Both the position numbers and the translations under genes were made by a program. Below, in pieces: positions 8,387-16,612 of a stretch of DNA of 64,000 nucleotides. The DNA lies in IMG/VR virus record IMGVR_UViG_3300046170_000391. One strand, written 5' to 3'. Numbering within the stretch: position 1 is the stretch's first letter; each line of letters begins with the position of its first letter. The notes beneath the pieces were generated by a model. That model saw nothing but the letters and a program-made list of their open reading frames with translations, was not told the DNA's origin and did not search any database. Origin of the DNA: a virus.

Positions 8387-9644
8387 TAAATTGTCTCAAT
8401 TTTTTAAGTCGAACTTCAAAATTACTTTGATTGTGCTCAAAAGTAGGAATACATTTCTCTTCAAGTAAGGTAAATTCTTCATCTGACATTTTGATTAATT
8501 TTACACACTCAGCAAATGCTCTCATAATTCTTTCAAAGTCACTAGTAACGTTATCATAAGCCTCATCGATTAATGGGTGAAAAGATTTGTAACCAAGTTG
8601 ATGAAACCACTTTAAAGTATCTTTTTGTCCAACAACGACAAATATTTTTTCTGATGCTATATTTCTCCAGATTTTTTCTGTGATAAGAGGCCAGTCTATT
8701 ACATTATTTGAAAAATAAGCCTCAACAACTAAATTAAATCGAGTAGTCTCATGTGCTTTTGAAATGGTAATAAAATTGTCAGTTGTATGATTTTTTGCAG
8801 TTTTTAAAGCGTCTACTCTAACTTCAGAAAAATTAGTATCGTTACTTGTAAGTTTCAACTGGTCATATAGTTCTGGAATAGTATCACCTTGATAATCTAA
8901 ACTGACTAAACCATGTTTAAGTAAATCATAGCGATCTAATAAATAAGTTATAAATACGGCTCCAAGATGCTTATCTGTTCTTTTATTAAGAAGTAGATAT
9001 CTTTTTGAATCATAACCGTCAATGAGGCCTTTGACGTCAGGATGATCAGGATGTTCATAATCCATTGGAGGTTTAAATCTATAAGATTTATTTTTTTCTT
9101 CGTCTCTAAGAACAAAAGTATCATGAACATCATACAAGTGTCTAGCACAAAAATGAATTTCTAAGAAACTTGGATGACAATGAAAATTTATATTATCTGC
9201 AAATCTTTGATCACTGATGTTGATATGTATTTTATCATTTGGGAACTGAGTACAGTCTTTTAATGCTTCTACTAATTGAGTAAAATCATAAGAGTTAACA
9301 GGCTCCATAGTAGCATCAATAACTATTCTACCTTTACCCGCACGTAATGATTCAGTGACTCGTGGATCTATAAGAGACCAGAAACCAAAGTCGTCATGAT
9401 GATTAGCAATTAAAGATCTTATTTGAACGTAAGGCTCTTGCATTAAAACAGGATATATAAAAGAGTCTACTTTATCTATCTCGTGAGGAGAAATAATATT
9501 AAGATCATCGATAAATATTTGAAACATCCAAGGTATTTGACGGCCATAATCTAAACAATTATGAATATCGTTATCAAAATAGCCGGTTGATTGAGGAAAC
9601 CAGACATTGGTTTTCCAAGCATGATCATACACGAGATTTATCAT
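8376..9644 (-). CDS. Hypothetical protein, glycosyltransferase-like C-terminal domain
   Basis: FNLVVE...ITEKIWR...LGYKSF.PLIDE.YD; similar motifs in 56559..57692. Confidence 0.5.
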   Translation of the reverse strand: MINLVYDHAWKTNVWFPQSTGYFDNDIHNCLDYGRQIPWMFQIFIDDLNIISPHEIDKVDSFIYPVLMQEPYVQIRSLIANHHDDFGFWSLIDPRVTESLRAGKGRIVIDATMEPVNSYDFTQLVEALKDCTQFPNDKIHINISDQRFADNINFHCHPSFLEIHFCARHLYDVHDTFVLRDEEKNKSYRFKPPMDYEHPDHPDVKGLIDGYDSKRYLLLNKRTDKHLGAVFITYLLDRYDLLKHGLVSLDYQGDTIPELYDQLKLTSNDTNFSEVRVDALKTAKNHTTDNFITISKAHETTRFNLVVEAYFSNNVIDWPLITEKIWRNIASEKIFVVVGQKDTLKWFHQLGYKSFHPLIDEAYDNVTSDFERIMRAFAECVKLIKMSDEEFTLLEEKCIPTFEHNQSNFEVRLKKLRQFIDD

Positions 9645-10063
9645 TAAACTATTCTAAAGGTCTCTCTAACCTTTTCTGGACGTTTACGGATCATTTTACG
9701 TTTTTGAAGATCAGACATAACTTCATTAAATAAAGACATGCTCTCTTTACTAGTATCTGTATACTGATCAAGAGAAGTTTGTTGAATAACTAATTTTTGA
9801 TGTAGCATATTGAGTGCAGTAACTAGATTAGCCGAGCCTATGACTCGGGAGCCTTCAAAGTCTCCTTCAGTGCGAGATCGCACAAGTTCCCAAGTATCAT
9901 TTTCCCAGATCTCTCCAGAGTCGTCATCAAACACTTCTATAGGCATACCTTGAAGTATTTTCCATACAATACTTTTAGCGTCAACTAACTGCATCGGCTT
10001 GCTCCCTACGGTCGCAGATTGAAGGCACACGCGTTGCGTAAACCTAAGCGGCGACCCAATCAT
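9644..10063 (-). CDS. Hypothetical protein
   Basis: 139-aa ORF in tight operon. Confidence 0.55.
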   Translation of the reverse strand: MIGSPLRFTQRVCLQSATVGSKPMQLVDAKSIVWKILQGMPIEVFDDDSGEIWENDTWELVRSRTEGDFEGSRVIGSANLVTALNMLHQKLVIQQTSLDQYTDTSKESMSLFNEVMSDLQKRKMIRKRPEKVRETFRIV

Positions 10064-10415
10064 CGCGGTGCGGGTGTTGATAGAACCAGGCTAAAGCAAC
10101 TCCTACATCACGGCAGACACTCTTCGAGCGTAAAGCTAAAACAAACTCACGTTTGAAGTTGAGCCACGGGTTACGACAGTTGTCAACAGGCTTCAACACA
10201 GCTATATCACGCTGGCTCCAGTGCTGACAGCGACTTGCATATGCTGCCTCAGCGTTAAGTGAGCGCGTTGACTCGTCGAGTCTCTTTTCTAACAGTTGGA
10301 ACAGCTCTTGAAAAGCTTCGCTTTTCTCGCTATCACTCAGCTCTGAGATGCTAATGCGACGTGCGTTTCTAACTAAATCACGATATGCGTTCTTCGACAC
10401 AAGCTTAAAATACAT
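10044..10415 (-). CDS. Hypothetical (probable early) protein
   Basis: 123-aa ORF directly downstream of a promoter; SD AAGG. Confidence 0.6.
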   Translation of the reverse strand: MYFKLVSKNAYRDLVRNARRISISELSDSEKSEAFQELFQLLEKRLDESTRSLNAEAAYASRCQHWSQRDIAVLKPVDNCRNPWLNFKREFVLALRSKSVCRDVGVALAWFYQHPHRDDWVAA

Positions 10416-10429
10416 TTTTTATACCTTTA

Positions 10430-10458
10430 TTAATAGCATGGTTTATGGGTAAGTGCAA
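10430..10458 (-). promoter_or_regulatory. Sigma70-type promoter
   Basis: TTGCAC-N17-TATTAA on minus strand with TG extension. Confidence 0.55.
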
Positions 10459-10477
10459 TCTAAAATTATTAAGATGT

Positions 10478-10792
10478 TTACTCGTCATATAATGGTTCTA
10501 ACATCTTTGGCGGCATTGGAAATTTTCCCTTTGCCCAAAACTCTTTCTGGGAATAGAAGCGGGTCTTTGTAATTGACCGCCAATAAGCATTAATACGATG
10601 TACTGCACTGTTATAATCCTCATGAAAAGGTGCATCACGGATATCTAAGCGATTATAAGCTTGTTCCATCCACTCATGAGCTGTCCACGGCGACCAACGA
10701 GCAATATTTTCAGCTTCTCGTATAGTACGTCTTACACTCCAATCTACATAGCCTACGTCAGTTCCAAAAGGTACGGGTTTAGCGCGTGCCAT
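10478..10792 (-). CDS. Hypothetical protein
   Basis: 104-aa ORF, SD GGAG. Confidence 0.6.
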   Translation of the reverse strand: MARAKPVPFGTDVGYVDWSVRRTIREAENIARWSPWTAHEWMEQAYNRLDIRDAPFHEDYNSAVHRINAYWRSITKTRFYSQKEFWAKGKFPMPPKMLEPLYDE

Positions 10793-10970
10793 ATTTTACA
10801 GTCTCCATTACGTTATTTAAATGGTTATAGTGATCAACAATGTCCACAATAAAACGAGCTGCAAAGAACTCGCCATGAGTATTTAGTAGGTCTCCATACT
10901 CCGTCATAATATGAGGTGCGTGTTGATTGAGAAAATTTTTAGCTTCGGGTAGGGTCGGTCTTTTATGCAT
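10779..10970 (-). CDS. Hypothetical protein
   Basis: Probable start MHKRPT at 10970 with SD AAGGA. Confidence 0.6.
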   Translation of the reverse strand: MHKRPTLPEAKNFLNQHAPHIMTEYGDLLNTHGEFFAARFIVDIVDHYNHLNNVMETVKYGTR

Positions 10971-10999
10971 AATGGTCCTTTGTTTAATTGTTATAAGTA

Positions 11000-11028
11000 A
11001 TAATATATAAAAATTTAGCAAATAGCAA
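11000..11028 (-). promoter_or_regulatory. Leftward sigma70-type promoter
   Basis: TTGCTA-N17-TATTAT. Confidence 0.65.
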
Positions 11029-11058
11029 GGCAAAGATTAGGTTAAAATGTGAAAGTTG

Positions 11059-11087
11059 TTGACTTGTCATATAATTATTGATACAGT
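11059..11087 (+). promoter_or_regulatory. Rightward sigma70-type promoter (probably leaderless transcript)
   Basis: TTGACT-N17-TACAGT, ATG 6 nt after the -10 box. Confidence 0.65.
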
Positions 11088-11093
11088 ATTGCT

Positions 11094-11282
11094 ATGTATG
11101 TAAATGAAAAAACACTCAAGACAGAAATAAGAGAAATGCAATCTACAGTGAACGAGGTTGCAAATGATCTAGGAGGAGATATTCGATATCTTCATCAAGA
11201 AATTACAGATCTTCGTAATGAGATAATTATGTTGCGTACAGATTTTGAAGAATTAAAGGAAAAAGTAAATGCCAAATTATAA
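11094..11282 (+). CDS. Small coiled-coil protein
   Basis: Heptad pattern, 62 aa. Confidence 0.55.
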   Translation: MYVNEKTLKTEIREMQSTVNEVANDLGGDIRYLHQEITDLRNEIIMLRTDFEELKEKVNAKL

Positions 11283-11544
11283 AGTAGTACTATTTGCTAA
11301 TATTGGGCAAACTACTGAAGTTCAATATTTAAATAATCAACGTCTTGAATTGTTAGATGCTTTTCCTACAATTACTGTGGATATAAGCAACTCATCTGAT
11401 ACCCGCTTACTGAAATTTGCTAAAAAAGGTGTGCGTTGCCCCTGTGCTATCATATTTAAAGACGGAGCTAAAGTTACGTCTAAACACGGAAAGCTCAATA
11501 ATCAAGAAGCGATTAATTGGGTAAGAACTATAATCAGTAGCTAA
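11269..11544 (+). CDS. Hypothetical (thioredoxin-fold-like) protein
   Basis: GVRCPCAIIFKDG resembles the thioredoxin C-terminal half; no CxxC. Confidence 0.4.
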   Translation: MPNYKVVLFANIGQTTEVQYLNNQRLELLDAFPTITVDISNSSDTRLLKFAKKGVRCPCAIIFKDGAKVTSKHGKLNNQEAINWVRTIISS

Positions 11545-11545
11545 A

Positions 11546-12598
11546 GTGCCTTTATCAATCCCCAGTATTCCCCATAAATCAAGAATGAAGGCTCATAAAC
11601 TTCAATACTTAAGAGCCATATCTGATTCTATGGATTATCCTTTTCAATCTGAAGATGGAAGAGATCCTTCTGCCTCACATCAAGAATTAACAGAAACTTG
11701 TGTTGAATATACTGACATACCTTACTGGCAGTTTACAAACTGTTGTACTGACTCACTACAAATCGCTTTTTCAATGTTGTGCAAAGTAGGAGATACAGTC
11801 ATCGTACCTGCTTATGGTTGGAGAGCGGTAACAAATGCTCCACAGTTTGTAGGTTTAAATGTTATATATTGTGATATTGATGAGACAGGTAACGTTAGTA
11901 TTTCAGAGTTGCATCGTCTAATATATGAAAATCAACCTGCTGCAATACTAATAATTCACAATTTCGGCACGGTAGTAGACGTATCAGAATTAACAGGTAT
12001 TTGTGAAAAGTACGGTGTTAAAATTATTGAAGACGCTGCCCAAGCATTTGTAATGAAAGAACCCTATGACTATAAAATTGGTTCTTGCGCTGACATAGTA
12101 TGTTTTTCTTTTGATTTTACTAAATCTCCTGGTACCTTAGGTGCTGGAGGGGCAATAGCTACTTATAATCCAGATCATTTTACAAAAATTAAATCAATTT
12201 GTTCTCATATCACTAATGAGTTGGGAATTGGGACAAAATCGTATTTAGATACTACTGCAGCAGCAGTGCTCAATTGTGATATAAAACTTATAGAGCAAAT
12301 GCAGTATAGACAGCGTAGAGTCGAAGTTGCTACTTACTATATAAACAAACTTCCTTATGAAACTCTGAGCGGAAAAAATTATATCTTTCATCGTTTTATA
12401 ATTTTACCTGATAAAAGTGAAAAACAAGATCTAATTAACAAACTAAAGTCACAAAAAATTCTAGCTAAACCTGTATATAAACCTAATACAGATGCTTGTA
12501 CTTATGCAAATAGATTCTACGAGAGTGCAATTGAGCTCCCTTGTCATCAGTTTATTGATGTAAATGACTTAAATTCAAGAATTGAAAAAATATTATGA
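11546..12598 (+). CDS. DegT/DnrJ/EryC1/StrS PLP aminotransferase
   Basis: IIEDAAQA, CFSFDFTK, GAGGAI. Confidence 0.85.
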   Translation: MPLSIPSIPHKSRMKAHKLQYLRAISDSMDYPFQSEDGRDPSASHQELTETCVEYTDIPYWQFTNCCTDSLQIAFSMLCKVGDTVIVPAYGWRAVTNAPQFVGLNVIYCDIDETGNVSISELHRLIYENQPAAILIIHNFGTVVDVSELTGICEKYGVKIIEDAAQAFVMKEPYDYKIGSCADIVCFSFDFTKSPGTLGAGGAIATYNPDHFTKIKSICSHITNELGIGTKSYLDTTAAAVLNCDIKLIEQMQYRQRRVEVATYYINKLPYETLSGKNYIFHRFIILPDKSEKQDLINKLKSQKILAKPVYKPNTDACTYANRFYESAIELPCHQFIDVNDLNSRIEKIL

Positions 12599-13527
12599 AG
12601 ATACTAATAACAGGCGGAATGGGTTTTATTGGAGCACACTTAGTAGCAGAATTAGGACGCACTCATGACATAGATATTTTAGACGGTTTTGATGAAAACT
12701 ACGTAGGCTACAAATATATACATAGAGGGACAAAAGGTTTACAAGAAACTAATGAGATTGAAAAACGTCATAGAAAACTAAATCTAAAGTATAGACTTGA
12801 TTTAGTAAAAGGTAAATTCAATCAATACTATAGAAAATGGAGTTTTGAAGATATTCCAAGAGCAAATTATGATTTAGTACTTAACTTTGGGGCTTTATCA
12901 GAAGCTATCTTATCTCAACATTTTCCAAAATTTACTTCAGATTCTATAGTGCAAGGATTAAATCTAATTAAATTGTACCTTCCTAAGACACCTGTCTTAC
13001 ATATAAGTAGTAGCATGGTTTACGGCACTTGGGAAGGAGTAATTGACGAGCAGTACTCTTTAGGAGCTGTGGACCATTACGGGGACAGTAAAATAAAGGC
13101 AGAAACTATCTGCGGAGAGAATGACGTAATTTTGCGACCCATACATGTTTATGGTATGGGAGATGGTAAATTCTCAATCTGGATGAATATAGAAAGACAG
13201 ATTGCAGCTGCAAAACCTGTTATGGTTGAGAGGGCAGGATGTATATACATAGACGATTTCGTTTTAGCAATCAAAAATATTTTAGACAGATGGCGTCCTG
13301 GCATTTATAATATTTCATACACATTCACTAGAAATGCTGAAGCATTAACTAATACTTATCCAGAAACTTTTGACGTTCAATATAAGTCAGGACCCACGGG
13401 TAAACCTAGAGGGCTGCTAGATAATAGCAAACTAATAAATACATTTAATGTGAACTTTAAGTTTACAAATTATATAGATACTGTGAGAGACTATTATAGA
13501 ACATATGAAAATTTTTGTAAGAAATAA
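12595..13527 (+). CDS. NAD-dependent epimerase/dehydratase
   Basis: ITGGMGFIG, SSSMVYG, YGDSK. Confidence 0.85.
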   Translation: MKILITGGMGFIGAHLVAELGRTHDIDILDGFDENYVGYKYIHRGTKGLQETNEIEKRHRKLNLKYRLDLVKGKFNQYYRKWSFEDIPRANYDLVLNFGALSEAILSQHFPKFTSDSIVQGLNLIKLYLPKTPVLHISSSMVYGTWEGVIDEQYSLGAVDHYGDSKIKAETICGENDVILRPIHVYGMGDGKFSIWMNIERQIAAAKPVMVERAGCIYIDDFVLAIKNILDRWRPGIYNISYTFTRNAEALTNTYPETFDVQYKSGPTGKPRGLLDNSKLINTFNVNFKFTNYIDTVRDYYRTYENFCKK

Positions 13528-13834
13528 TGATGTTGGAAAAGCACTTCGCATCTTAAAGAAAAAATTACACAATGAAGGTGTAATGAAAGAAGTAAGAGAT
13601 AGACGTCATTTTATTTCAAAAGGCGAGCAAGATCGTTTAGCTAAAAAAGCAGGGGTTAAACGTTGGCATAAAAAACGAGAAGAATTAGAGAAACAATTTA
13701 TTCGTGAAGAACGAAATATGCTACGTAACAGCAGGAAAAATAAAAGAAATGTTCAAAGATCTAACAAAAGTTCAAATCAACAGCGAACGCAACGCTACTC
13801 TAGCGATAAGAATAAACGATCATCACGTTCATAA
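13505..13834 (+). CDS. rpsU: 30S ribosomal protein bS21 with basic C-terminal extension
   Basis: VRNNDVGKALRILKKKLHNEGVMKEVRDRRHFISKGE. Confidence 0.85.
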   Translation: MKIFVRNNDVGKALRILKKKLHNEGVMKEVRDRRHFISKGEQDRLAKKAGVKRWHKKREELEKQFIREERNMLRNSRKNKRNVQRSNKSSNQQRTQRYSSDKNKRSSRS

Positions 13835-14057
13835 TCTTGTGCTAAGTTTAGACAATTTTGCTTTCATTCTAAATAAGAATGTCAATTCATGGAAAGGTTT
13901 AATTCATAATAAAACATGGGAGTTCAGAAAACTTTCTGATCGTGTTAAATTATATGATCAAAGCTATGAATATCATTACCGTTTCTCCCTTGAAGAATGG
14001 GAAACTATAAGACAACAATTTGCAGCAGCTTTACTTGAAAGTAATCTTGCTAAGTAG
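13749..14057 (+). CDS. Hypothetical protein
   Basis: Probable start MFKDL at 13749. Confidence 0.55.
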   Translation: MFKDLTKVQINSERNATLAIRINDHHVHNLVLSLDNFAFILNKNVNSWKGLIHNKTWEFRKLSDRVKLYDQSYEYHYRFSLEEWETIRQQFAAALLESNLAK

Positions 14058-14076
14058 TTATTTACTTTTCTATAAT
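14047..14076 (+). promoter_or_regulatory. Sigma70-type promoter
   Basis: TTGCTA-N18-TATAAT. Confidence 0.6.
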
Positions 14077-14099
14077 ACCTTATAAATATGGAGGTTTAT

Positions 14100-14348
14100 A
14101 TGAAAGCATACAAAGGTACGTTTAAAAAGAAAAATGGTGAATCACGTGATATGGTTTTTGCTAGACTATATGATTTACCGCAAAAGTTTCTTGACGAAAA
14201 AGTACAAGGAGCAGGTTCTGAGCAAAAATATCCAGAAGGTATGGAACTCGTTTGGGATCTAGAAGCAGATAACTTTAGAATTTTTAATTGGAAATCTGTA
14301 GATAACGACCCGAAAGAATTTGATATTGACGAAACTCTTTTTAGATAA
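14100..14348 (+). CDS. SH3/WYL-like small protein
   Basis: FKKKNGESRDM...VWDLEADNFRIFN; SD GGAGG before ATG 14100. Confidence 0.6.
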   Translation: MKAYKGTFKKKNGESRDMVFARLYDLPQKFLDEKVQGAGSEQKYPEGMELVWDLEADNFRIFNWKSVDNDPKEFDIDETLFR

Positions 14349-14637
14349 TGAACCTTTTATTCTTGTAGAAACAGAAATTGTAAATTTTAAAGAGCTTAAA
14401 GCAGGTAATATTAACTTAATGTACTACATTATTGAAATACATAATACAGAAAATGATGAAATAGGAGTAGTGACAGAAGAGATAGATGGTGAACAGATTA
14501 TCAAAAAATTTGATACCTGGTCTAAGGCAAAGGCTATGTCTGGAACACTAAATAGAGATACCCCTGAAAATCTCTCTACTCACATAGTAACCATTAATGA
14601 AACTGCTACAAAAGATAAAGAAGTGGATAACGATTGA
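14320..14637 (+). CDS. Hypothetical protein
   Basis: ORF in operon; true start may be ATG 14419. Confidence 0.45.
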   Translation: MILTKLFLDNEPFILVETEIVNFKELKAGNINLMYYIIEIHNTENDEIGVVTEEIDGEQIIKKFDTWSKAKAMSGTLNRDTPENLSTHIVTINETATKDKEVDND

Positions 14638-14971
14638 CCATTGTGTTGATCTTGTCGTTGATATATTGTTAATTGTATGGGAAGTTATCAGTAGTCCAAT
14701 ACTTATAGCTATGCGTCTTATAAGGCACTTTGTAGGTGAGTGGATAACAGATAAAATTAAAGCAGGAGTGCGTAAAATAGCACACTGGTTTGAGCATAAA
14801 AGAGAGTATAGATTAAAAAACGGATATGGAATATTTCGTACATATTGGTGGTTAATTATTTCAAGTCCTATAATTATATTTATCAGTATTTTTATTGTAG
14901 CTATACTGTCAGGATTACACGAAGGTTTAAATATAGCTTTCGAAGAAATTAGTGCTTCGTTTGAGGAGTAG
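14597..14971 (+). CDS. Hypothetical membrane protein
   Basis: Two hydrophobic segments. Confidence 0.55.
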   Translation: MKLLQKIKKWITIDHCVDLVVDILLIVWEVISSPILIAMRLIRHFVGEWITDKIKAGVRKIAHWFEHKREYRLKNGYGIFRTYWWLIISSPIIIFISIFIVAILSGLHEGLNIAFEEISASFEE

Positions 14972-14977
14972 TATAAT

Positions 14978-15018
14978 AGACGGACTGGACTCGGGGGCAG
15001 TACCCGACGGCTCCACCA
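14978..15018 (+). ncRNA. ssrA: Two-piece tmRNA, acceptor piece
   Basis: GAC-TCGGG-GGCAGTA-CCCGA-CGGCTCC-A-CCA: T-arm with alphaproteobacterial GGCRGWA loop, acceptor 3' strand, encoded CCA; 5' end uncertain. Confidence 0.9.
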
Positions 15019-15036
15019 TAAACACAGGAATAACAC

Positions 15037-15252
15037 ATGAAAGAATATATGTTAATAATCAGCATGTGGGGAAGTGATGGAAGCACAGAGCATTACATTG
15101 GTCAGATGGTTTTACAACAACCAATGAGTAAATCTCAGTGTGAGTGGATGATTGAGGATGAACAGTGGGGTGCAAGTTTTGATAATGAGTATTACTTCTT
15201 TGCTAGACACTGTATGCCGAAAGATTGTGCTGGAAAAGATTCCTGTGACTAA
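15037..15252 (+). CDS. 71-aa hypothetical protein nested in the tmRNA intervening segment
   Basis: SD AGGA at 15026, ATG 15037, TAA 15250-15252; 4 Cys. Confidence 0.7.
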   Translation: MKEYMLIISMWGSDGSTEHYIGQMVLQQPMSKSQCEWMIEDEQWGASFDNEYYFFARHCMPKDCAGKDSCD

Positions 15253-15274
15253 ACACTATTGGTGTGTTTATGAT

Positions 15275-15446
15275 GGGGCCGAAATAGGATCGACAGACGT
15301 AATAAAAACAATGCCGAGAAGCAGGTGCGCAAGCGACCTCAACCGCAAGAAAACAAACAATTGCAAATGATAATTTCGCAATCGAGGACTACCGCATAGC
15401 GGCATAGTCTCACGGGGTATGGCTCCACCTAGCAACAGAACGGGCC
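15275..15446 (+). ncRNA. ssrA: Two-piece tmRNA, coding piece; tag (A)ANDNFAIEDYRIAA* at 15363..15407
   Basis: GGGGCCGAAATAGGATCGAC 5' end pairs with CGGCTCC giving the G3:U70 Ala identity pair; ANDN...AA tag; terminal GGGGT..CACCTAGCAACAGAA pseudoknot typical of alphaproteobacterial tmRNA. Confidence 0.92.
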
Positions 15447-15469
15447 TTTACAACTCTTATGAGGATTAA

Positions 15470-16612
15470 ATGTTTAATTTTAATACAACTCCACGTTTAG
15501 TAATCGGCGCAAATAGATTACAGTTCTTAGGCACACTTCTTTCCGACCTTGGAATCAAAAACCCTTTAATAGTGACAGGTCCTAATCTTGCAAAATCTAA
15601 AATCATAACTGAGACACAAAAATGGTCTTGGACTGATAATGTATTCTGTGATTTAGTACAGGATCCAACGACTCAGAATGTGTTAGACTGTGTTGAATAT
15701 GGAATAAGTAAAGACGTAGATGGAGTTATTGGTATCGGGGGTGGATCATCTCTTGATGTAGCAAAAGTTGCTTCTGTGTTATTAAAACAGGAAACATCTT
15801 TAGAAAACATTTGGGGTGTAGACAATGTTTATAGTTCAAGACTACCTTTAATTCTTATACCTACCACCTCGGGGTCAGGATCAGAAGTTACCCCAGTTTC
15901 AATTATTACAACAGGTGAGACAACAAAAATGGGAATTGTTTCTCACAGAATCATTCCAGATGCAGCAATTCTTGACCCTCTTCTTACAGTTTCTTGTAAC
16001 CCTCAACTAACTGCATATAGCGCAATAGATGCGATGGTTCATGCTATCGAATCATACACTTCTATAAATCCCAATAACAATCCTTACTCAAAAATGCTTG
16101 CACTTGAAGCTTGTCGCTGGTTAGGTAAATCAACAAAAACTGCCATCTTAGAGCCAAGTAATATCGAAGCAAGAGCTAATGTACAATATGGATCTATGTT
16201 GGCCGGGCAGGCATTTGGTAATTCGCCAGTAGCAGCAGTTCATGCATTAGCCTACCCACTAGGTGGGTACTTTAAACTGCCACATGGTTTAACAAATACT
16301 TTGGTTCTTCCTGGTGTTTTAGAGTATAATCAAGAAAATACAGACTATTCAACTCTTGCTACTGCTTTATTTCCTCATGATGAAGGAGAAATATACTACT
16401 ATAAAGGTGATGTTGTTGAAGTAATGTGCAGAAATATCAAAGAATTAGCAGAGTTAGCAGGAATCGAAACTCGAATGAGTGATTATGGAATCAGTGCAGA
16501 GCATATTCCAATGTTAGCAGAAGAGGCAATGAAACAATCTAGGCTCTTGGTAAATAATCCGAGAGAAATTACAGAAGAAGTTGCAAAAGAAATTTACTGG
16601 GAAGTTCTATAA
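15470..16612 (+). CDS. Iron-containing alcohol dehydrogenase
   Basis: GGGSSLD, PTTSGSGSE, DAMVHAIE, HALAYPLGG, PHG. Confidence 0.9.
   Translation: MFNFNTTPRLVIGANRLQFLGTLLSDLGIKNPLIVTGPNLAKSKIITETQKWSWTDNVFCDLVQDPTTQNVLDCVEYGISKDVDGVIGIGGGSSLDVAKVASVLLKQETSLENIWGVDNVYSSRLPLILIPTTSGSGSEVTPVSIITTGETTKMGIVSHRIIPDAAILDPLLTVSCNPQLTAYSAIDAMVHAIESYTSINPNNNPYSKMLALEACRWLGKSTKTAILEPSNIEARANVQYGSMLAGQAFGNSPVAAVHALAYPLGGYFKLPHGLTNTLVLPGVLEYNQENTDYSTLATALFPHDEGEIYYYKGDVVEVMCRNIKELAELAGIETRMSDYGISAEHIPMLAEEAMKQSRLLVNNPREITEEVAKEIYWEVL

Noticed and set aside
14988-15018. tRNA fragment or attP site
   Set aside because: It pairs with 15275-15281 including G3:U70 and has the tmRNA-type T-loop; no integrase is seen in the window
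14548-15036. 162-aa minus-strand ORF and other short antisense or alternate-frame ORFs in the track
   Set aside because: Shadow ORFs opposite or inside well-supported genes, with no motifs or SD
15152-15370. 72-aa ORF in the track
   Set aside because: Overlaps the tmRNA coding piece and the nested ORF, non-ATG start, no SD
15421-15429. GGCTCCACC repeat of 15009-15017, suggesting a one-piece tmRNA end
   Set aside because: No T-arm before it and no CCA after it; it is explained by the conserved terminal pseudoknot
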